From Bacteroidales bacterium (lineage in GTDB: Bacteria; Bacteroidota; Bacteroidia; Bacteroidales; UBA12077): a stretch of DNA of 64,000 bases. The stretch lies in the NCBI GenBank assembly GCA_041686375.1, contig JAWLEB010000009.1:12424-76423 (forward strand). The letters are read 5' to 3'. Below are positions 49,665 to 56,822 of the stretch, piece by piece (within the stretch, counting starts at the first letter, position 1; each line of letters begins with the position of its first letter). Under the pieces are notes generated by a model. That model was not told where the DNA came from, ran no database searches, and saw nothing but the letters and a program-made list of their open reading frames with translations. The position numbers and the translations under genes are program-made.

Positions 49665-51664
49665 TGCAAAAAGATGTGCCAAATACAGAAAGAGAATTGG
49701 TTCATACGATAAAGAATCGTTGTAGAGTGTGTTATACATGTGTGAGGGAATGTCCGGCCAAAGCTATTAAAATCATTAATGGACAGGCTGAGATTCTTAA
49801 TGAAAGATGTATAGCATGTGGAAACTGTATAAAGGTATGCAGCCAGGGTGCAAAAATGTTTATCGATACAACCTCTCACCTGGAAGGAATTTTGAGTAAC
49901 GGGAATAAAAATATTGCCATTCTTGCCCCAAGTTTTCCGGCTGAATTTTCCGATATTCCGAACTACAGAGATTTAGTGTCTATGATTCGTGCCCTGGGTT
50001 TTGATGTTGTCTCTGAAGTAGCTTTTGGAGCTGATTTGGTTGCAATGGAGTACAATAAATTGATACGCAATAACAACAACAAACGGTATATTTCTTCTGA
50101 TTGTCCGGCGATTGTCCAGTACATCGAAAAATATCATCCAGAAATAGTGCCTAACCTTGCTCCTGTAGCTTCTCCTATGATAGCTATGAACCGGGTTATG
50201 AGGGCAAAATATGGAACAAATACCAATGTGGTTTTTATTGGTCCATGTATTGCGAAAAAAGCTGAATGTGACGAGGTTGACGAAATGGTAACCTTTGCTG
50301 AGTTAAGAGAAATTTTTGAACAAAAAGATATCGTTCCCGGGCAACAGGAACCTTCAGATTTTGATCCGCCTAAAAGTGGAAGAGGCGCTATATTTCCTGT
50401 GAGCAGAGGGTTGTTGCAAACAACGGGAATAAAGGATGATGTCTTTGACGGGAATATTATTGTTGCTGAAGGACGCAATGATTTTCAGGAGGCGATTAAG
50501 GAGTTTGAAACCGGACATATTAAATCAAGACACCTTGAGTTGTTATGCTGCGAAGGATGTATTGTTGGGCCCGGAACCACAAAAGGTGGAAGACCCTATG
50601 GACGAAGAATTCTTGTGCATAATTATGTTCAGGAAAAGATAGATAACTTTGATAAAGATGAATGGAAAAAGTATGTTGCAGAATGTAAAGATTTAGATCT
50701 TAGTGTTGGTTTTACGGAAAATGATAAGCGTATCTCATATCCAACAGAGCAAGAGATTGAGAAAGTTCTGAGATCAATGGGTAAAAAAGAAGCTAAAGAT
50801 CATCTCAATTGTGGCGCTTGTGGTTATGATACCTGTGAGGAGCATGCTATTGCTATTGTAAAAGGTTTGGCGGAAAATGAAATGTGTTTGCCTTATACCA
50901 TTGAAAAATTACATAATTCTGTAAATGAACTTGCTGTTTCTAATGAGAAGTTAATGTCTATGCAGCAGGCATTACGTCAGTCTGAAAAAATGGCAAGTAT
51001 GGGGCAATTATCGGCAGGCATAGCTCATGAATTAAATAATCCACTGGGAGTTGTGATTATGTATGCCAACATCCTGCTTGAAGAAGTACCGGAAGATTCA
51101 GAGTTATATAATGACTTGAAGCTTATAGTTGAACAGACCCATCGATGCAAAAAGATTGTGGGAGGACTGTTGAATTTTGCACGTAAAAATCAGGTTTCAA
51201 GAACTGAAGTAGATACTGTGCAACTCATTGAAAATAGCTGTGATGCGGTTATTGTTCCGGATAATGTAAAAATGGTTGTGAAAACAGATAATTTGAATGG
51301 TCGGAAAGCATATCTCGATCAGGAGCAGATGACGCAAATTTTAACCAATTTGATAAAGAATGCTATTGATGCTATGCCTGACGGTGGTAAGCTTACCATT
51401 GAACTGGCAGATGATGAGCATTACACCATTTTCCGGGTACATGACACGGGCAAAGGAATCAAACCCGCGGATAAGGAGAAAATATTCGAACCTTTTTATA
51501 CCACAAAAGGTATAGGGGAGGGAACAGGTCTGGGGTTAGCTACAGCTTATGGGATTGTGAAAATGCATAAAGGAAAAATTACCGTGGATTCAAATGATAA
51601 TAAGGAGAATGGCCCTACAGGTACTACTTTTACAGTAAAGTTACCCAAGTTTCAGGAGAATTAA
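49664..51664 (+). CDS. sensory-type [FeFe]-hydrogenase-like domain fused to a histidine kinase
   Basis: Two ferredoxin motifs and altered H-domain motifs (SSDCPAI, IGPCIAKKAE, LLCCEGCIVGPG). Then CGACGYDTC...C, the HisKA H-box GIAHELNNPLG, and HATPase_c boxes (NLIKNAIDA, DTGKGI, GTGLGL). The ATG overlaps the hydA stop (TGATG). Confidence 0.8.
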   Translation: MQKDVPNTERELVHTIKNRCRVCYTCVRECPAKAIKIINGQAEILNERCIACGNCIKVCSQGAKMFIDTTSHLEGILSNGNKNIAILAPSFPAEFSDIPNYRDLVSMIRALGFDVVSEVAFGADLVAMEYNKLIRNNNNKRYISSDCPAIVQYIEKYHPEIVPNLAPVASPMIAMNRVMRAKYGTNTNVVFIGPCIAKKAECDEVDEMVTFAELREIFEQKDIVPGQQEPSDFDPPKSGRGAIFPVSRGLLQTTGIKDDVFDGNIIVAEGRNDFQEAIKEFETGHIKSRHLELLCCEGCIVGPGTTKGGRPYGRRILVHNYVQEKIDNFDKDEWKKYVAECKDLDLSVGFTENDKRISYPTEQEIEKVLRSMGKKEAKDHLNCGACGYDTCEEHAIAIVKGLAENEMCLPYTIEKLHNSVNELAVSNEKLMSMQQALRQSEKMASMGQLSAGIAHELNNPLGVVIMYANILLEEVPEDSELYNDLKLIVEQTHRCKKIVGGLLNFARKNQVSRTEVDTVQLIENSCDAVIVPDNVKMVVKTDNLNGRKAYLDQEQMTQILTNLIKNAIDAMPDGGKLTIELADDEHYTIFRVHDTGKGIKPADKEKIFEPFYTTKGIGEGTGLGLATAYGIVKMHKGKITVDSNDNKENGPTGTTFTVKLPKFQEN

Positions 51665-51798
51665 GCATAAAATGTATAATAATAAACTAGATCAAAATCA
51701 AAATAAGAGGTGATAATTTTATTATACAGAGTTTTTCAGGAAAATATTACCTTAATCGATAAGAATCATGGAAAACCGATCCATAAAAAACCAAACAT

Positions 51799-52191
51799 AT
51801 GACGGAAGAAAAGACGATATTAGTTGTTGATGACGATATTGATTACCTTTTTCAGATGGAGTTAATGCTCAAGAATATGGGGTATAATGTTCTTAAAGCA
51901 GAAAGCCAGAAAGAGGGTGAGCAAATTCTGGAATCGAACCGGCCGGATTTGGCTATTTTTGACTTGATGATGGAGACTGAAGACAGTGGTTTTGTTTTGA
52001 GTTATAAGGCAAAAAAGAAATATCCGGATATGCCTGTAATCATAGCTACTGCTGTGGCTTCTGAGAGAGGTATTTCTTTTGGACTCAACAGTGTAGAAGA
52101 AAAAACATGGATCAAGGCCGATGCATATCTTGAAAAGGGAGTACGAAAAGAACAATTACAAAACGTCATTGAAAAGTTATTGGATAAATGA
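51799..52191 (+). CDS. stand-alone response-regulator receiver protein
   Basis: 130 aa. VVDDD, phospho-acceptor context IFDLMM, and a conserved Lys (LEKG). No output domain. Confidence 0.8.
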   Translation: MTEEKTILVVDDDIDYLFQMELMLKNMGYNVLKAESQKEGEQILESNRPDLAIFDLMMETEDSGFVLSYKAKKKYPDMPVIIATAVASERGISFGLNSVEEKTWIKADAYLEKGVRKEQLQNVIEKLLDK

Positions 52192-53321
52192 AGAAATTAA
52201 AAGTTCTTGTGGTAGATGATGAACCTGGTATTTGTGCGGGTGTAAAGCGTATTTTGAATAAATTCACTGTAAGTTATCCATTTATGGATGAGGATCACGG
52301 GTTTGAAGTTTATGAATCATATACGGGGGAGGAGGCTATTGAATACATTATAAAAGACCCACCGGATATTCTGCTTTTGGATAACAAATTGCCCGGTATT
52401 CAGGGAACAGAAGTGCTTGAATATGTGAATAATAATAATCGTAATATTGTTGTAATGATTATAACTTCTTATGCATCTCTTGAACTGGCTGTAAAGGCAA
52501 CGAATGAGGGAGCGTATGATTTTATACCGAAGCCTTTTACGCCCCAGGAATTGAAATCTTCTATGGAAAATGTTACCAAACATCTTTTCCTTCGTTCAAT
52601 GACGCAAAAATTGAATAAAGAAGGCAAGGAAGTGAGGTTTCAGTTTCTCTCGGTTCTCTCTCATGAGTTAAAATCTCCCCTGAATGCCCTGGAGGGTTAT
52701 CTGAATATTATGAAGGAAAGGCAGGCAGGAGAAGAAATTTCTAATTACGATCAGGTTATTGATCGCTCCTTGCAAAGGATGAAAGGAATGCGTAACTTAA
52801 TTATGGATTTACTGGATCTTACCAAAATAGAATTTGAAAAGAAGGAGGATAAGTTTGAATCGGTTAATCTTAACCAGCTTGCTCAAAGCGCTGTAGAGTC
52901 TATGAAACCCTACGCTATACAGAAAGATGTTACAGTGGAAATCCATGGGGGAGATAACATATACCTGGATGCAGACCCCGGAGATATTGAAATTGTAATG
53001 AATAATCTGGTATCCAATGCCGTGAAGTATAATAAGGAACGTGGAAAAGTTGATGTTCACATCAAACAAAAAGATAACGATATAATTGAGATTCGGGTGG
53101 ATGATACAGGTATTGGAATGAATAAGGAAGAAATTCAAAAATTATTCAATGAATTTTACAGGGCAAAAAATGAGAAAACCCGCCAAATTACGGGAAGTGG
53201 ATTAGGATTGCCTATAGTTAAAAAGGTAGTTGATTTATACCATGGAGAAATAAAAGTTAACTCTAAACCGGATATGGGAAGTACATTTATTGTTTATTTG
53301 CCAGCAAAGTCTAATATGTAA
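52188..53321 (+). CDS. hybrid receiver / histidine kinase (REC-HisKA-HATPase_c)
   Basis: N-terminal REC (VVDDEP..LLLDNKLPG..PKPF), H-box LSHELKSPLN, and boxes NLVSNAVKYN, DDTGIGM, GSGLGLPIV. Its ATG overlaps the upstream TGA by 4 nt (ATGA). Confidence 0.8.
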   Translation: MKKLKVLVVDDEPGICAGVKRILNKFTVSYPFMDEDHGFEVYESYTGEEAIEYIIKDPPDILLLDNKLPGIQGTEVLEYVNNNNRNIVVMIITSYASLELAVKATNEGAYDFIPKPFTPQELKSSMENVTKHLFLRSMTQKLNKEGKEVRFQFLSVLSHELKSPLNALEGYLNIMKERQAGEEISNYDQVIDRSLQRMKGMRNLIMDLLDLTKIEFEKKEDKFESVNLNQLAQSAVESMKPYAIQKDVTVEIHGGDNIYLDADPGDIEIVMNNLVSNAVKYNKERGKVDVHIKQKDNDIIEIRVDDTGIGMNKEEIQKLFNEFYRAKNEKTRQITGSGLGLPIVKKVVDLYHGEIKVNSKPDMGSTFIVYLPAKSNM

Positions 53322-53371
53322 ATAATTTAATATATTGCCCTGTCAAATCTGTATATTTAAAATTGAATATT

Positions 53372-54022
53372 ATGAAAACACTTCCGGAAAAGACAATAGA
53401 AAGACTGAGTGTCTACAGAAGAAGCTTATTGAATTGCTATTCCGATGGTAAAGAATATATCTATTCGCATGAGCTTGCAAATTTGCATAATATAACTTCA
53501 GTGCAGGTTAGGAGAGATTTAATGTTGATAGGCTATTCTTCAACACTAAAAAAAGGATATGATGTGAAAGCCTTGATTGATCTTATAGGTCAGATTCTGG
53601 ATTCACCAAATGGGTTGAATGTTGCTGTGGTAGGTGTAGGAAACTTAGGACGTGCGATTACTACTTATTTTAGAGGCAAAAGATCAAAACTGCAAATTGT
53701 AGCTTCGTTTGACACGGATCCGGAGAAAATCAATAGTGTGATTTCAGGTGTAAAATGTTACTCCATGAAAGAGCTGGAAACAATCATCAGGGAAAAAAAT
53801 ATTTCGGTTGCAATTTTAACTGTGCCTCCTGAATATGCCAATAGTGTTGCAGAACTGCTTGCGCAAAGTGGGATAAAAGGTTTATTAAATTATACTTCTG
53901 TCCCTGTTAAGGTTTCGACTGACATTGTTTTGGATGATTATGATATGACAATGTCTCTGGAGAAAGTTGCATATTTTGTAAAACAAAAGGCTGATGAAGA
54001 GAGTTTGAATGAGTTGAAATAA
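53372..54022 (+). CDS. rex: redox-sensing transcriptional repressor Rex
   Basis: N-terminal winged helix (IERLSVYRR.L) and a Rossmann motif VAVVGVGNLGRA. About 215 aa. The ORF is open from TTG 53363. Confidence 0.85.
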   Translation: MKTLPEKTIERLSVYRRSLLNCYSDGKEYIYSHELANLHNITSVQVRRDLMLIGYSSTLKKGYDVKALIDLIGQILDSPNGLNVAVVGVGNLGRAITTYFRGKRSKLQIVASFDTDPEKINSVISGVKCYSMKELETIIREKNISVAILTVPPEYANSVAELLAQSGIKGLLNYTSVPVKVSTDIVLDDYDMTMSLEKVAYFVKQKADEESLNELK

Positions 54023-54160
54023 TATCGCGTTTAGCGAATATTGAAAGCAAAATGATCCCTGATTCATATGGATTGTATAAAAGACGATCAATAAAGCCAT
54101 ACCTGTCGGCAGACCATACAGAGGGTTTCATTTAACCATTAATTGATAAAAGACAAACGA

Positions 54161-55093
54161 ATGCAAATATATCGAACTTTTGATATAAAGGGTAAGATAA
54201 AAAATCCGGTTGTTACAACAGGCTCGTTTGATGGAGTCCATATCGGACACAAGGCTATCCTCCAGCGCCTTAGAAATATTGCAAATGAAATAGACGGGGA
54301 GACCGTCTTAATTACGTTCTATCCTCATCCGAGAAAAGTACTCTATCCTGAAACGCACGGGAAAAATCTGAAGCTTATAAACACACAGAAGGAAAAAATA
54401 TATTTACTGGAACAAACTGGTCTTGATCATCTCATTATCATCAATTTTACCAGAGAATTTGCAAAAACTACATCTTATCAGTTTGTAGAAGACATACTTG
54501 TTGATAAGCTTAACGCAAAGCGTATAATTGTTGGCTTTAACCATCATTTTGGCCATAACAGAGAGGGAGATTATGATTATCTGTATGAACTGGCTAAACA
54601 TCATGATTTTGAAGTAGAAGAGATTCCGGAGCAGGATGTGGAAAATGAAACGGTGAGTTCAACAACTATCCGGAAATCACTGGCGGAAGGTAAAATTCAA
54701 AGGGCCAATGCTTACCTTGATCATTTCTATATCATTATCGGTAAGTTAAAGGACGGACATCCAAAATACAGGGAAATTGGTTTCCCAACTTATGAGGTTG
54801 AAATTGAAGAAGAGGAAAAGCTTATTCCCAGCGAGGGAGTCTATGCTGTCAGTATGAGGCATGATAAAGGACGACATAAAGGGATGCTTTATATAAAGCA
54901 ATATCCGGAAAGAAAAAAACTGACTGCAGAAGTTCATCTTTTCGGATTAGACCACGAATTTGATTTTAGAGGACAGATAGTGAATATAAGGTTTCATAAA
55001 AAAATACGAGATGAGCTAAACTTTAGCAATACGGAAGATCTTCATAAGCAGTTGAATATGGATATGCAGAATATTAAAAAATTAATTTTTTAA
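54161..55093 (+). CDS. ribF: bifunctional riboflavin kinase / FAD synthetase
   Basis: GSFDGVHIGH, and the riboflavin kinase C-terminal motifs. The ORF is open from TTG 54143. Confidence 0.85.
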   Translation: MQIYRTFDIKGKIKNPVVTTGSFDGVHIGHKAILQRLRNIANEIDGETVLITFYPHPRKVLYPETHGKNLKLINTQKEKIYLLEQTGLDHLIIINFTREFAKTTSYQFVEDILVDKLNAKRIIVGFNHHFGHNREGDYDYLYELAKHHDFEVEEIPEQDVENETVSSTTIRKSLAEGKIQRANAYLDHFYIIIGKLKDGHPKYREIGFPTYEVEIEEEEKLIPSEGVYAVSMRHDKGRHKGMLYIKQYPERKKLTAEVHLFGLDHEFDFRGQIVNIRFHKKIRDELNFSNTEDLHKQLNMDMQNIKKLIF

Positions 55094-55317
55094 TTCATAT
55101 TGCAATACATAGCCAAACATAATATATTATTAAGAAGCTGTTGTTTTATTTGTTGTTTTTGGCGTAATTTTTAATTTTCCTATTTTTATCCCATATAAAT
55201 TATTGAATCGAAGAAAACTTATCATGTTAAGTTCTCTGCCTTTGGCAATAAATTGCTTTTGGCGGGAAAACATTTGATAAATAGTGCATTACAATAATCA
55301 AATGAAATAAAACTGCT

Positions 55318-55893
55318 TTGAAAAAATATCCTGACCTTAAAATCATACAAGGCATCCGCCAACAGGACTCCAGAGTACTTCAATATTTGTATGATGAATA
55401 TTTCACCATGATACGGTCGATGGTTATTGAAAATTATGGGAATGAGGATGATGCAGAGGATGTTTTTCAGGAATCAATAATTTTGATATACAGAAAAATT
55501 ACAAATGAATCATTTGAGTTGACTTCTACGTTTAAAACCTATATGTTTGCTGTTTGCTGGAATATGTGGAAGAAGGAGTTGAGGTATAGATCTCGGCATA
55601 AGAATATAAAGGAAGGGTACCAATATCTTGCACAGAACCCGGAAAATCTGAATGTAGAATATGAATTGCACAGAAGATATAAACTTTACCAGGAGCATTT
55701 TAAAAAATTGGGTAAGGATTGCCAGAAAATATTAAAAATGGTATTGAAAGGAGACTCTTATCAAAAAATTGCAAAAAAAATGAGACTTAAAAGTGCTCAA
55801 TACGTAAAAAAGAGAAAATATATCTGTAAGGAGGAATTAATTGAAGCAATAAGAAACGATAAAAGATATAATGATTTTTATGAATCAGACTGA
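55318..55893 (+). CDS. ECF-type sigma-70 family factor
   Basis: 191 aa. Region 2 (DAEDVFQESIILIYRKI) and a region 4 HTH (DSYQKIAKKMRLKSAQYVKKRKY). TTG start. It overlaps the next ORF by 23 nt. Confidence 0.7.
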   Translation: MKKYPDLKIIQGIRQQDSRVLQYLYDEYFTMIRSMVIENYGNEDDAEDVFQESIILIYRKITNESFELTSTFKTYMFAVCWNMWKKELRYRSRHKNIKEGYQYLAQNPENLNVEYELHRRYKLYQEHFKKLGKDCQKILKMVLKGDSYQKIAKKMRLKSAQYVKKRKYICKEELIEAIRNDKRYNDFYESD

Positions 55894-56644
55894 TAATTTA
55901 ATATTCAGATATCTGGATAATGAAATGAATGAAAAGGAGCGCAGACGTTTTGAACAACGCCTTGAAAAAGAACCGGCACTCCGAAAGGAAGTGGAATTTC
56001 AGCTCGGCGTAAGAAATGCCCTTATCGAAGAGGATATAGTAGAGCTAAGGGATAAACTACAAGGGATTACTTCTGGAAGATCTTCACCTTCGCAACATAA
56101 AGATAAGCGTAAAATTTATTTATCTGTTGCTGCAATTATTATAGCCCTCATATCAGTGGGTTCATGGTTTTATTTTATGGTTGTTTCACAGGAACCTGCT
56201 GAATTATATCAAAAGTACTATACCCCGTATGAAAATGTTTATTCTGTCAGGTCGGCAGAGGAGGAACGTGAGGATAATGCTTTACTGGAAAAAGCTTTTA
56301 CTGCATATGATGAAGAGAGCTGGCAGGAAGCGGATCGTTATTTCAAATTATTTTTAGAGAACAATAGTAACCATGCCGCAGCGAATTTCTATGGTGGGAT
56401 TGTGAAACTTGAACGGGGTAACCATATGGAAGCAATGGAACTTTTGCAAAGAGTTGTCGACGAAAATAATAACCTATTTACAGAACAGTCTTATTGGTAT
56501 TTAGCGCTGACGTCCCTGCGTATTGGAGATACAGAAGAAGCTAAGTCTCATTTAACAAGGATTGTTGATAATGAAATGTTCCACAGTACAGATGCCCGTG
56601 AAATTCTAAAATCGTTGCGTTATCGTAGCATTTTGGATAAGTAA
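55871..56644 (+). CDS. anti-sigma-like single-pass membrane protein with an extracytoplasmic TPR domain
   Basis: About 85 aa cytoplasmic N-terminus, one TM helix (IYLSVAAIIIALISVGSWFYFMVV), and a TPR-like C-terminus (NNNLFTEQSYWYLAL...). Confidence 0.6.
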   Translation: MIFMNQTDNLIFRYLDNEMNEKERRRFEQRLEKEPALRKEVEFQLGVRNALIEEDIVELRDKLQGITSGRSSPSQHKDKRKIYLSVAAIIIALISVGSWFYFMVVSQEPAELYQKYYTPYENVYSVRSAEEEREDNALLEKAFTAYDEESWQEADRYFKLFLENNSNHAAANFYGGIVKLERGNHMEAMELLQRVVDENNNLFTEQSYWYLALTSLRIGDTEEAKSHLTRIVDNEMFHSTDAREILKSLRYRSILDK

Positions 56645-56677
56645 TTCGCTTCATAATTTTTTCTGATTTTTACGGAC

Positions 56678-56822
56678 TGAAACCCTCATCCACTACCGTG
56701 GACAAAAGTCTGTGTATGAAGCATAAGGGTTCCATGGGATGCAGAGTGAACTTACGTTGACTTTTGTAGCAATAAGTCTCATAGTATGAAACTAATAACC
56801 TGACTTTATTTAAATGAAAAAT
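56678..56822 (+). repeat. 145-nt repeat, copy 1 (candidate structured RNA)
   Basis: Gap-free match to 61660-61804, about 84 percent identity by hand count. It overlaps the last 5 codons and the stop codon (17 nt) of the CHAT gene on the opposite strand. Confidence 0.75.
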
